Source: Vermamoeba vermiformis
Lineage: Eukaryota
Reading direction: 5' to 3'
Length of the DNA stretch: 64,000 bases
NCBI GenBank assembly: GCA_045837725.1
Contig: JBEWZL010000278.1
Coordinates: forward strand, 124,001 to 188,000
In this document: positions 11,178 to 23,820 of the stretch, piece after piece
Numbering within the stretch: the first letter of the stretch is position 1
Layout of the letters: the number at the start of each line of letters is the position of its first letter
The notes under the pieces: model-generated
The model's input: the letters and a program-made list of their open reading frames with translations, nothing else
The model's database searches: none
Told to the model about the DNA's origin: nothing
Translations under genes and position numbers: made by a program

Positions 11178-12166
11178 GAGAATTTTGAGGAAACAAAACA
11201 ACTCCGGAGGCGCAAAGGGAGAAGAAGACAGCGCGACACCCAGCCGCCACGTACGGCGCCAGGTACGTAATTTGATTCGACGTTTGTAGAGGGTCTAGCT
11301 AACGCACGCAGGTCTATTATTCAACGCTGCAGCGATGAATGGTCTACTTTATGTCAACGATGAGGAGTTCTTCTTGCCTCCGCCGCAAGACTGGCGAGCC
11401 ATAAAGTACGCCGCTGAGAAAGACAAGCAGAAAAAGGCCTCAGAGAGCTCCAAGCTTGCGATGAAGCTTGGGTACCACTTCGACGACTTCTTCCTCGCCG
11501 AGCAACTGTTTTACTACGGCAAGAACGGGTTTCAGACGATTCGATTCAGCTTTGTGGGCAAGATGTGGCCGTCGACATTTACCGCGAACGATCAACTTGA
11601 CATTGAAAGTCTGATCGATCAAGCAGAGATAATCAAAGCCGAAGGTTGGTATTCTATATACAAATATAAAATTCATTTTATTAATTTAACCAGATTGGAC
11701 TTCGCCAAAGTTCAATTATGCGCTCGACGTCCTTCAGACTAAACTTGCCAGTTACCACATGAATATCTCTCCTATCAGCATTTGGGAGGCGTTTATCAAG
11801 CACCACAACGAAACCTCTGACAATATGATGGAGATTATGAGAAAATACCCATTCCCAAGCGCGAAGCCATTTGGCGAGAACAAGAATTTAACTAAAGCCG
11901 TACAAATCAAGAAAGGCAACCGGAACAGATTGATGGATTTGGCCTACCTCGTTAGCGCGTACAAACACTACCTTAAGGCTCATAAGAAAGAGGCTACGAT
12001 TGCGGTTTGTGTGCTATGGCTAGACAACAACAAGGTTACAATCTCGATCGTTGGTGTTAAGAAGTACGCGACGGGATCATCTCTGCGTCTCGTATACCAC
12101 GACCAACAGTTCTACGAAATTACGGATGATGCTCCGCAACAGCTCGCGGTGGATCCTGTCAACTAA
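11178..12166 (+). CDS. Hypothetical protein; 5' end unresolved
   Basis: Two 135-aa ORFs with coding-like composition, joined by a plausible intron (11645-11693). Upstream intron 11263-11311. No recognisable domain. Confidence 0.5.
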
Positions 12167-12240
12167 CAAAGTTGAAATTTTTACTTCTACAATATACAGT
12201 TACATCAATACATCTAACAAAATAAACGTAAATTTAATTT

Positions 12241-14499
12241 TTACTCTTCTTCGCCGTACGCAGGTTCCTCACCCATCTCAATCTCGTACTATGAAAATTG
12301 GTGACGTTAGTTAACGCTGCACAATTAAATTGAAACAATAAAAAGCACTTACGGGGTCATCTATAATAGGAACTAGGGCCACACATCGTCCTAATTGCAC
12401 GTATTGCTTTAATTGTTCGACGGATGTGACAGCGTAGACGTCTTTATCGCACTTGTTGCAATGTCGTCTATCACCGTCAGTTGCATCTAATTGATAATAC
12501 GATAGTGGACATTTGAAACCAAATTCGCAATTCTCTGAAAACAAATCCAACCGTCAGTACAAATAAAATTAACATAGCGGATCTGAATATTACGCACCAA
12601 TAGCAGGCTCCGTAGGTCGCTCTCTGAACCTTTCATATCGGACTTTGAAGAATTTAGCCCAACTTTGCATCTTCAAGTTTGGATTCTGATCGGGGAACAG
12701 ATGCATGTAAAGTTTGTGCCAAATAGCGTTGTTATCGGCCACGAGCTGATGGAACTTCTTGTTGACCAACGATACGCACAATAATGTAAAGGCAGCGGAG
12801 TGTGAAGCATGCTAAGAAAAAAACAAGTCAGTACAAATGCTGGATGTTGCTCGATCCTGAAGCTTACATCAAGAATAATTCGCAGAGTTTCAGTAGGCAA
12901 GTTGCTAATATAGCAGTTCTTGTCAGCTTTAGGCCACTCGTTAATATCCCAGACAAATTCCGAACTGCCAAAGTTGTATCGAACGCGGATGTCGCTTCCA
13001 ACAAATCCAAGCGTTGGGAAGCAATCCATTCCACCTGCAACCCTCTTCGTTATGTACCCGACGAACTTGCCATTTACAGTATAGAACACCTTGCGTTGGT
13101 TGAACGAGTCCATGGCAAGACCACATCCAACAACGTCGTTCACTTTGAACGCACCTCGCTCCCCGTCGCTCGTGAAGTTGAAGCCAACAGTGCCGTTGTT
13201 GAAGTAGCCGAACGAGTTCTGCATGGAGCCCACGAGTTGACTGGACTCAAATCTTTGGTCGCTGAAACCAATCGAAAGCGTTTCGTCCGCTATGAAAAAC
13301 GCGTATGAGTATAAGTTCATAATACACCAAATAGGGTAATAATTGTATGGTGTATAGTAGGCGGCACCTACGTTTTAGTGATAGTATAGTGACTTCATAA
13401 TAAGGCAGCACAGTCGCTAGACGGGGGAAGAAAGAGTCTGCTTGAAGTGACTCGGCCTTTGGCGCTGTGATGGTGAGTATGTTGCCTTCAAGAATTGCTT
13501 TTGTTTTTTTGTTGAATTTGAAGAACGTTGGTATTTTATTCTCGGCCTAAAAATTATAAGCAGTTAAAAACCGGATGCGGATGGCGCGTACCGGAAATTT
13601 CTTTTCGTTACTTACGAATGGATTATGAACGAAAGGAATTCCTTTGGTACCAAAGTTCACTTGGATATTTTCTTGCGGGCTGTGCAAGCCAACCATTGGA
13701 TACAACTTGTCGGGAAAAGCTTGCATTTTGTACGTCGGCAATGTTTTCTTTGTACCATCGGGAAATACGAAGAATATTGATTCTAAATATACATTAGCTC
13801 ATATCGCAAAATTTACAAGCAATTTGGGCCAAATTTATCGAACGGATGTAGCTTCAATTTTAAAGACTTGGCGAGATACTTACGCGCTTCAAAATCAACA
13901 CCACATCCTACTGTAGCACCCTTTGCAGCCCACGCAGGTCCAAACTTTTTAATCACTTCAGCGTCATCGCAGAAAGCAATACCATCGTCGCCGTGAAATC
14001 CGAACGTTCCTGTGAATGTAATCTTAGCAATTATTGTGGACGACTATATAGAACGTCTTGTACGTACCTTTAGTCCATCCAGGTTGCTTGTCGGCTGCAT
14101 CTTTTTCGTTCTTTGATAAACCAATTGCGATCGTGCCTCGAAGACCCCGCGAAATAACGGTCACCTCTAATAAATTGGAAAATGGTCAACAATAATACAC
14201 TAGTAATAGGAGAGTTGTAGATCAATAAGGTAATTGAATTGAATTAAAATTTAATTTTTTTTTGAGATTTACCTACCGAAATAAAATCGCTTGTCGTTTA
14301 CTGCTTCCCAAGCAGCAGTTGATTTAAAACAAACAACTTCAGGATTGCACTCTTTATCAATGCTAACAATGGCATTGGCCATGTAGCCAATGGTACAGAG
14401 CTTGCTGGGCTGAAGATCGTCAAACTGGATGAAATTCTTGCCGAACGGCTTTTTGAAGCATACTATCGGCTTTTTATTATTCTTTCCGAATGAAAACAT
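12241..14499 (-). CDS. Tandem SPRY domains + F-box + C-terminal Cys-rich domain
   Basis: SPRY1: RFYFEV..IAIGL..QPGW..FGFHGDDG..LYPMVGL..VNFG. SPRY2: YYEV..LVGSMQNSFGY..DVVGCG..FYTVNG..FPTLG..YNFG. F-box ISNLPTETLRIILD..SLVNKKFHQLVADNNAIW. C-terminal NCEFGFKCP..RHCNKCDKDVY..GRCVA. Confidence 0.85.
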
Positions 14500-15294
14500 G
14501 TTGTTTAGTGTTCTAATGTATATAATTAAAGGCTGCGCAGACTTCCACCGTTTAAAAACAAGATCGTTTTAGCCGCACGTGGTTTCGTTTAGCACTTGCC
14601 TTTTAAAGTAAGACAGTCTTCTTGTTTAGTTCTCAAACCAATGGAAATTAATAGTCAGCATTATCGTTATGTGTAGCTATCTCTAACGCTGATTAACACG
14701 AGTGCGTCCTTGTTTCGCGAAATAAAACATTACATCTGGCTCGAAGAGCAACTTTGGAAGTTTCCTTTCGTCCTTTAATTTGTTACCACCGTGGCACCTA
14801 TGGAGCCAACGAAAAGACTATTACAATTTGGCAGGACTTGGGTTATTGGTTCATTTTCAAAAAATAATTAGAGAAATATTCTTTATCGCTACTAGTTTGA
14901 GCCTCAAAAGGATGCAAAAAAGATACTGGTTTGCATACATATAATCGTTGCTGGTATGTTTCTACATACCTTACGTCGGCTATGTAGATTTGGTCAAATG
15001 GAAACGTTTTGGTTGCCGAGTGGGCTACCAGGCTGTAAAGATAACATGATACGATTGATTTATTAATATGAGACCTTGATCGATGTGTTCTAATCACTGT
15101 GCACAGGGAATTAATAGTAAATCCAGGTGACAAGATGTGACACGGGCTTTTTTTTTGACACTTCGGCGCGGTCTGTATTGTTCTTGTTTCATTATACTGA
15201 TTACTTATAGTCAGTATAATCGATTGTATACCACTATTTATCCGAATTCAATTGGTTTGATTGTGATCCAAAACAGTAGTCCGAAAGTTATTCA

Positions 15295-18200
15295 ATGGCG
15301 CAGGACGGATCAAGCGGAAACTGGTTGGACATCGATGATTTATCATTTAAATTTGATAGCCCTGCTCCTTTAAGTGCTCGTAAGTATTAATACAAAGGTT
15401 ATATTGAATAAGCCGTATTTTTCAAATTTTGACATTTCACAAACTACCGCCAGTCAAATTTGCATCAATTAAAATTATTAATTCCAAATCAAGTAGCACT
15501 GTAGATAGCACTAAATAATTATCGAGCTAATTATTTAAAATAAAAGCTGCAATGCAAACAACGAGTCCGACATCGGCACCAGAAGATGGCCCAAACTCGT
15601 TGTCAATGGAAGGAAAATCAAATATAAAGAGAGCACTAGAAAGAATATTAGGCGGAGAGCCAGTACCGCCTGGATCTAACTCTCCACCATTAAAAGCAAG
15701 ATCAGATCCTAAACTAATTAGACCCGGTACTACTCCAGAAGAAATCTCTCCACGACCACTAGCATCAAGCTCACCTATTAATAAGAACGTCACTACATTA
15801 AGGAACTCGCAAAATATATGGCTGGAGAAGAGAAACTCGAGTGGAGCTATTATTTTGGATCTTGACACCAAAAATTCAGTATTTGAAGTAACGTAAGTGA
15901 TTGGTATCTAATAATACAGCACGATATGAATATTAGATATTATTTTCTGAATATTTGCAAATTGTTTACTTTTACGACCAAACTGCTATCTCCCCTGCGA
16001 GCTGCGCAGGATCGGCAAGAAAATAACTCATTAAATTATCAATTTTGTAGGGCTGGCACATTGAATCAGCTGATTATGAAGCTAACAAGCGAAGTTGATT
16101 GCGGTAAGCTTTGACACCTTGAATTTTTCCGTCTCCTTCAAAATATCGGCATTTATTTATTTTCCATATTAAGCATAATAATTATAGCTCTATATTAGTA
16201 GCGTCTAATTCAATCAAATAATCGATAGAAATTTCAGAATAATTCGAAATATAAATTGATTAACGGTTTGTGTTTTGGAGATCGACCAAACTTTTTCTGA
16301 TGATTATTCTTATAGGCCAAGAATTCGTTAGTACATTTATATATACATATCGATCATTCACTACGCCCGACGAGCTCATGTTCAAGCTTCTGGAACGATA
16401 CCACGTGCCTCCTTCAGTACAGCTTTCAGCTCAAGACGTCAAAGCCATTCAATTGCGCGTCGTTAATGCTATTAAGCGATGGTAAGATAATACCTATTTA
16501 ATAATACTCCATAGAATTGCACTGGGTTTGAGTTGTAGAAACTCGCATCCGAACCCCAAATTAATTTCCAAAAATTATTTAACTATATATACGAGTAAAA
16601 AACAAGTATAATAACGCTATTTACGATACAATAATTTATTTCATTAATTAATAATCGCAGTTATGAAAAACAGTGATTACAACATTTGACACGTGTCAAT
16701 TGCCGCTCGGCACTGAGGCATTTTAAACTAACACCGATTTCCTTTTTAGGATCCAAGTGGCAGTGCAAGACTTCCTCGATGATGGCGAGTTGTTACTATC
16801 ACTACACAATTTTATCAAGGAGTTAGAAACAGACGGCTATACTGGCCTCGCAGCACAGCTACAGAAAAATTTAAATACGAAGATTGACGAAGTTACAACT
16901 AACGCAGAGAAATATTTTTTCTTACGAGCACGATTTCAAGACGAAAATTCTGTCGCGTCGAGTGACCCGCTCCAAGCGACCAACGACATCGGTGAAATTT
17001 CAATTTTGACAGCATTGAGCACGAACCCGTTCCCTGGCGGCAAAGATTATTTCATGGAAATGACGCACGAAGACATCGCAAAGTACTTAACAACCGTTGA
17101 AAGTGCCCTGTTCCGATCAGTACAGGTACGTTCCTATTCATCCAAACAATATCCAATTATACGATTATATAGTTAGTGTCGCTTACTATTAACTATATTA
17201 ATACCATAATACAAAACGATCATACAACAAATTTTTAATGTGCGCAACAATGTATCACGAATTTTTTTCGCGTGTCAAAAAATGACACTTTGACATTTTG
17301 AACAATAACAATATTAACTCTATTCGTATTAATAGCCCCTAGAACTGCTCAATCAAGCGTGGAATAAGCCATCCCTTCAATACCGCGCAAAAAATGTTTG
17401 TAAATTAATTAGCCGGTTTAACCAAGTCTCGTCGTGGGTTGGACTCACGATATTGGCTCAAATCAGCTTAAAAATGCGCGTTAAAGTCATTGAAAAGTTC
17501 ATCAAAGTCGCGAAAGTAAGTCTACTTTAATTAATTAAATCTCATAGTGATTCACTCATCTAACAAATTCACATCGGACTGACATTTCACGATGTCGGGT
17601 ACTTTCCATATAAGGAAATGCCGTTCAGTGAATCGTCTGGTATGGATGAAATTACGTAGCAATTACGTCCATACTAACAATATTATTTTTTAGTGGCTCG
17701 AAAAGTTCAACAATTACAATACATTGATGGCGATTATTGCTGGCTTGAATACTTCATCTATTAGTCGGTACGTTGTTATAATATATTATAGTAATAAGAC
17801 AATACTCGATGAACTTAAAGCTGAACGGATCTATTTTAGGATAAAATTTACGTGGGCTGAAGTCAATAAGAAATATATGGATGTAAGTTTAATATTAGTA
17901 TTATTTACGCACTCGTGTTAAATAACGCTGATTTTCTAGGAATACAAATTACTAGAAGCTAAAATGTCGAGCGAGAATTCGTACAAGAACTACAGAGAGT
18001 CGCTAAGAAATGCTATTCCGCCAATAGTGCCTTATATGTAAGTAATATGACGTATTTAATATTATTCTGGTATTAATTTCGTTTTAAGTGGTGTCTTTTT
18101 GTCGGATTTGACAATGATCGAAGAAGGCAATCCCGATATGATTCAAGACCTTATTAATTTCAAAAAGAGAGATATGATTTACCAAGTTATCGAGAAGGTC

Positions 18201-18507
18201 TTGCGATATCAACAGGTATGAGCGTAATTTTGTTTTGTTTATGCGCTGGATGTCGTTTCTAAAAATAGATCCGGCAAAATTTCGGCTTATTTTCCTTTTA
18301 AATCAGCCGTTAATTTGTATTTATATTTAGGACGCATATAATTTCCAATGTACGGACGAAAAGACCTTGAATGCGTTCGTTAATTTGCCGCACATGAAAG
18401 AGCAGCTGCTGTATAATAAGAGTTTAGAAATTGAGCCGCGAAATATTGAAAATAAGAAGGACTTATTGAAATTAGAAAGCAAGAGCAAACGAGATTTATT
18501 TGCCTAA
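15295..18507 (+). CDS. Ras guanine nucleotide exchange factor (REM + CDC25 domains)
   Basis: [110 protein letters not shown]. Confidence 0.93.
17548..17680 (+). other. Predicted structured RNA element in a RasGEF intron (three-way junction plus branch-point hairpin)
   Basis: Stems GATTCACT/AGTGAATC, GGAC/GTTC, TGACAT/ATGTCG, GGTACTTTCC/GGAAATGCC and TGGTATGGATG/CGTCCATACTA. Most non-Watson-Crick pairs are G-U on the + strand. Confidence 0.5.
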
Positions 18508-18855
18508 GAATAGAAAATAGAAGCCTGAAAATAATTTAAACAAAGGATCTTAGGCCGTTATTATTGTATGTAGACCCAGCGATTGAAAACCCGTGTACTA
18601 TTAAAAAATTAGATATATTAGCAAATACCTGTATTTTAACTCGCCAAGACTATGCATTTTTGCGATTCATCCAAAACTCGCAAGGATTCTGAACTTGTGC
18701 CCTTCAACAATGTTAGGATACGCTACTTAGTTTACATATAGCGTCTCTTCGTTGCTATTAATCAAGAGACAATACGTTTAAAACGAGCATGGACCGTTTT
18801 TTCATTCGCTCCAAAATTTTTACGCGTTACAGCACAACAGTTATTTATTTTTATT

Positions 18856-20014
18856 ATGGATACTGCGCACAAGTATGCAATAAATATAGATGATTTCGAA
18901 GATGTCTATCACAAAGCTGTAGAACGAGCGAATAGGAGGTTTGGAGAGGTAAAAAAATTACTAGCAAAATTGGATGCGAGAATTAATTATTTATTATGCA
19001 GCTAGTGTATATATTCAACGGGTGCGAGCCAGGTGATGATTTAAAAGATCCCAAAGCGAGATTCATTTTCCTGACAAATCAGATCAAACTAGAACGTTTG
19101 GCATCCGCCTTCACCGACCTTCTACAATCAATCATTAATGATAGTGCCCTAAGTAGGCTTCAAATAGTATTAAGCGATGCAAACTCTGATAATTTATTTG
19201 AATTGGTGAGAGATTTATTGATAGGGCTGCCAAATCTACGACGTCTAGAGTTCAAACGGCAATTTGCAGATGGGAGACCAATAGTTGATAGTTTCTCAGA
19301 AAAGAATTGTGCCGATTTATGCGAAGGATTGAAGAAATCGTGGAGTCTAAAAGAGTTCAAAATTGAAGCAACAAAAGGGATCACCGACATTCAGCTAAAA
19401 ATGATCAGCGATGCAATTAATAATAATAGTAATATAATAATATTATCGGTATATGGCTTTCTACATAGGATCATGCAAAAATGCTATTTAGTTATTGTAA
19501 TTGAAGCAAATCCGCGAATCCACACTCTTCAACTGACATCGAATGATCAGTTCGATTCCATTCCGTGGCAAGAATTAACAAAGTTATTGGAAAAGAGCAA
19601 TATTACGAATTTATCTCTTCGTGATGTCTATTTTTTAATGCGCGAGGATGGAAGCTCTAGGTCTTCAAAGAGGTATTGTTCTGAAGAGCTTGGATCATGG
19701 AAATATTGGCAAATCATCCTAGCGTAACTAGTTATCATAGCTTTAATCTTCGCAACGTGAAGTATACGAGTAAATCGATTACTTTATTGAAGAAGAATTG
19801 GAACTTGGTGGATTTGGATCTAGAAACCGACCTCGAACAGCTTTTTGAGCCTCTATTAGCAAGAAATAGTCAATACCAGCTCGGATTAAAGTTAGTGATG
19901 CATAATCTAACGAGGCAGGAAACGCAGATCCCGTTGGATATTTTCCGCTTAATTTTCTGGTACTTGACCCGGATCTTTCAACCTTCGCGTAAAATAGAGG
20001 TAATGTCGTATTAA
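18856..20014 (+). CDS. RNI-like LRR protein with C-terminal F-box-like motif (frame break near 19640)
   Basis: LPNLRRLEF, LCEGLKKSWSLKEFKI, IEANPRIHTLQL, LKKNWNLVDLDL, ARN. C-terminal IPLDIFRLIFWYL. Confidence 0.65.
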
Positions 20015-20753
20015 ATATACATAATATTGGTAATTTTAACTGTACTAGTCGTTAGAGCTTCGCACAAACTGAATTTTTCAACGCTGTCTTGGGTGCACTT
20101 TGGAGCATTTCTGGTGCATTGAATCCGCGTAGATATACGAATTATAGGCAAGGTACGTACAGGGCGAGACCTATTATAATTTTTATCATTTTTAGTAAGT
20201 TTTAAAAGCGCTGAATAGAGTTGTTGGTATTCGAAGTTGATCGGTTGCATTTTTTCTTTTGAGAAGACTAGGATTGACCTGTCAGGACGGTTAACCTTAA
20301 AAGTGATATTAAATATGTATTAGTATATATATTCGAGCTACTATTAAGTGACAATAACTGTCGCAATCAATCCAAAATCGGTTGTGGTCTGAAATTCGGA
20401 ATTCACAACCGAAGATTTTGTTCGCATTCCAATCGAATAGTGATTGCGCATTTATGTTAGAGCTTCGGATAAATGGATCTCGATTATTTGGGCTTGAAGT
20501 ATTGATTTGGTCAAAATTGACTTTGGGATCTGGATTTCGGTTTGATCCGCAGCGAAACAACTCGCAACTTTATAAGTATATGATTACAATAGTAGTTATC
20601 ACCAATAGTATTTAGAACTAATAAAGCGGTTAAGGATAAAAAGTTGTGCTGCCAGCATAACAAAAGCGCCGCTCTAAACCGTCAAATCGTCACTCACTAT
20701 TTAATTCCGTATACCGAATCATTATTAAATAATGTTACACTACATGACCACTA

Positions 20754-23601
20754 ATGAACCGAATTAACATAAAACCGTTCTTATTGGCTTTTATAATAGC
20801 AAGTCAAGTGGTCACCATTGTATTCTCTGCGCATCCAGGAAGCAGAAGCCAGGCTGCAACATGGTATTATAATGGTAAACTATGGATGTTCGGTGGCATA
20901 GGTTTGGACGAGACTGCTACTACTGGTACGGATCCGCTCGTAAAGTCTAAAATTATTTTTATAGCAATTGATAGAATATCTTTAATAGAGGATGTTTTGA
21001 GCGATATGTGGAGTTATGATCCCACTACGAACGAATGGTGGTTCGAAATGGGCGATAAAGTTGCAGGTCAGCAACCATCCGTCAGCGATCAAGGAACGTA
21101 TGCCCCGTACAACAATCCTGGCGCTAGAAGATACATCGTGCTCATGGACTGATGCAACAAATACATTATGGCTTTTTGGAGGATTCGGCACATTACGTAA
21201 ATTATTTATTTTTTAATCTTTTAAAATTTAAAGTTAAACTTTTATTATTACAGCGTTTCCCAATTTCCCTAGCGACGTATGGAACTACGATCCATCACTT
21301 AATCAATGGAAAGTGGCGCTTAAGGGTTCATATAACAGCTCTTACCAGTCTCCGTATCAGATCGGCCCTCGCTTTTCGCACCAGTGCCTGCCTTCATTGG
21401 ACGGAAAATTCGTCTTTGTGAACGGCGGAACTGGTATCGATTCTACAAATCAGACAGGTATATCAAGACCAAGCATTTTATTGACCCGTTTTTTTGGATC
21501 TGATCCACAAAAGTGACGTTTTGACACTCGAGGAATTCTATTACTAACATTTATTATTTAGTTGTTTTAAACGATTTGTGGTCGTATTCTCGCGAAAACA
21601 ATGCCTGGACATTTGTTAGTGGCAACAGCACGGGTGGTTGTTCGGGAACACTCTCCGAAGGCGTGCCTTCTTCAACCGATTATCCGTCCTGTGGTGATCG
21701 TATGGCCTCGTGGACCAATGAAAATTCAGAGTTGTATTTTATCAATGGTCGGTCAGATTTCTACAGCTATAACGAGGTCCTGCGCTACTCTGTCAACGAC
21801 ACAGCAGGCTATTGGACTTTGTTTGGCCACGGTGATCTGACTGGTCGAAAAGTCTCTGGAGCGGTGCGAGATATGGGCAAGGCATGGCTGTTTGGAGGTT
21901 ATGGCACCGATATTAGTGACAGAATTGGTAAGTAACTGCGTTTTTGAACTTGAAATTTTTGAGGTCACGCGTGTCACGCGATTGACTGACACTTTGACAG
22001 GTCTCCTCGCAGATCTATACGAATGGGATGGTACCACGTGGAAGTACTTGACGGGCCCTAGAACACTTAATGCACCGGGCTCTTACCCCGCACAACCAGG
22101 ATCTGGTAATAGCTCTACTTACCCCGGATCTCGTCAAGATCCAATGATGTGGCTGGACAGCGATGGCAATCTGTGGTTGTTCGGTGGCAGTGGGTTATGG
22201 CGAACAATCCAATGTGACTGGCAGTTTAAATGACATGTGGAAGTACACGATGTCAACCGGAGTTTGGACTTGGATCGGTGGCAGCAAATTGACCAATCAG
22301 AACGGCAATTACACCAACGATCCTCTTCCACCCGCTGAGCCACCTAGCTCTCCAGTAGCAATCGAACAGCCGTACAGTGGTCCCTCCAGCAACGTTACTG
22401 AGCCCGATCCTGGTCTGGCTGTCGCAGCAAAGATCGCCATTGGTGTCGTGGTGCCTGTCGTAGTGATTGGCGTTGGGCTATTGGTCCTACTTTTGCTCTT
22501 GAAGAAACGCAAAGACAAGAAGAACAAGACCAAGAAGACCACTACAACGTCAGTGCCTTTGTCGCCCGTGCCCAAGGGCTCCAAGTACGATTCGATCCAA
22601 CCCAAGCCCAACAGCACTTACACGCACATCGGTGGTCCTGATGCAATGACACCGACACCCACGTCAACTTCAGCACAGTACGTCCCTGTCAGCGACAACA
22701 GATTGATTTCTTACACTTCGATAACTCTCGACCAAGAGATTGGAGAGGGGTCGTTTGGCAAAGGTCAGTAGCCGTTAGTCAAGTACTTTGACCAATTGTT
22801 TAATGTTTTGTTAGTGTACCTTGGTAAGCTCAGAACGACCAAAGTAGCCATCAAAGTTGCAAATACGAAGATGTCTCAAGACGAGTTCATCAGGGAGGCC
22901 AACTTCCAACTGGCCATTCCTCCACACCCGAACATTGTGCAGCTATTAGGTATCTCTATTGATGGTCCACAGCCCTTAGTCGTGCTTGAATACTGCAATG
23001 AAGGCAGTCTCGACAAAGTTTTGTTCGAAGGAGACAGGCTGAGGACACCAGCGGAACAAATCGCCCTTGCCGAAGCTGTTGCACGAGGCATCGATCATTT
23101 GCACCAAAACAACATTGTGCACAGAGATCTTGCTGTCAGGAACATTCTGTTGCACAAAGGCGAGCCGAAAATATCCGATTTTGGCATGTCACGAAAACTC
23201 AAAGAAGTGTCACAAGTCGGCAAGACCGCTGCTACGATTGGTCCGTTGCGATGGATGGCGCCTGAAGCACTCGGCAAACAATTGTACAGCACCAAGTCAG
23301 ATGTGTGGTCGTTTGGCATGATCTTGTTCGAGATTGTTGCCCATGAAGAGCCGCACGTACATGAAGACTTAATTAGCGTTGCTATTAAGATTCGAGATGA
23401 AGGATATGTGCCTAATATTCCTAATGACTGTCCTCAAGTGCTTCGTCAAGTGATGCAGATGTGTTGGAAAATGGATCCGAATGAACGACCTGTAAGAGAA
23501 AAGATATTATCTCGCTGCTAATTGTAATACTAACGCTATTTATATAATAGGATATGGGCACAATTTGCACGATGCTCGAAAGTTCTGCAACGTCTAATTA
23601 A
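20754..23601 (+). CDS. Receptor kinase: signal peptide, Kelch-type propeller ectodomain, Pro-rich stalk, TM helix, tyrosine-kinase-type domain (paralog 1)
   Basis: Repeats PGSR..W..G.LWMFGG.G..LSDMWSY. TM IAIGVVVPVVVIGVGLLVLLLLL-KKRK. Kinase GEGSFG, VAIK, HRDLAVRN, DFG, GPLRWMAPE, SDVWSFG. Apparent 1-nt frameshifts near 21135 and 22195. Confidence 0.9.
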
Positions 23602-23820
23602 CGCCTTTTACCCCTGTAAAATAAAATCGTTAGTAAGATAATAAAATAATACAGAATAACAAATCCATTATTAGTACTGCGAATCGAGGCTACAGCCAGA
23701 AATAAGTTTTTCTAAATAAAGAAAATCGGGTAACAACACGTCAATCGAGATTTCAGGCTCAAAATCTGTTTCGCGTGTTTTATCCGATGTTTCCCTATTT
23801 AAATCAATTAAGGACCACGA

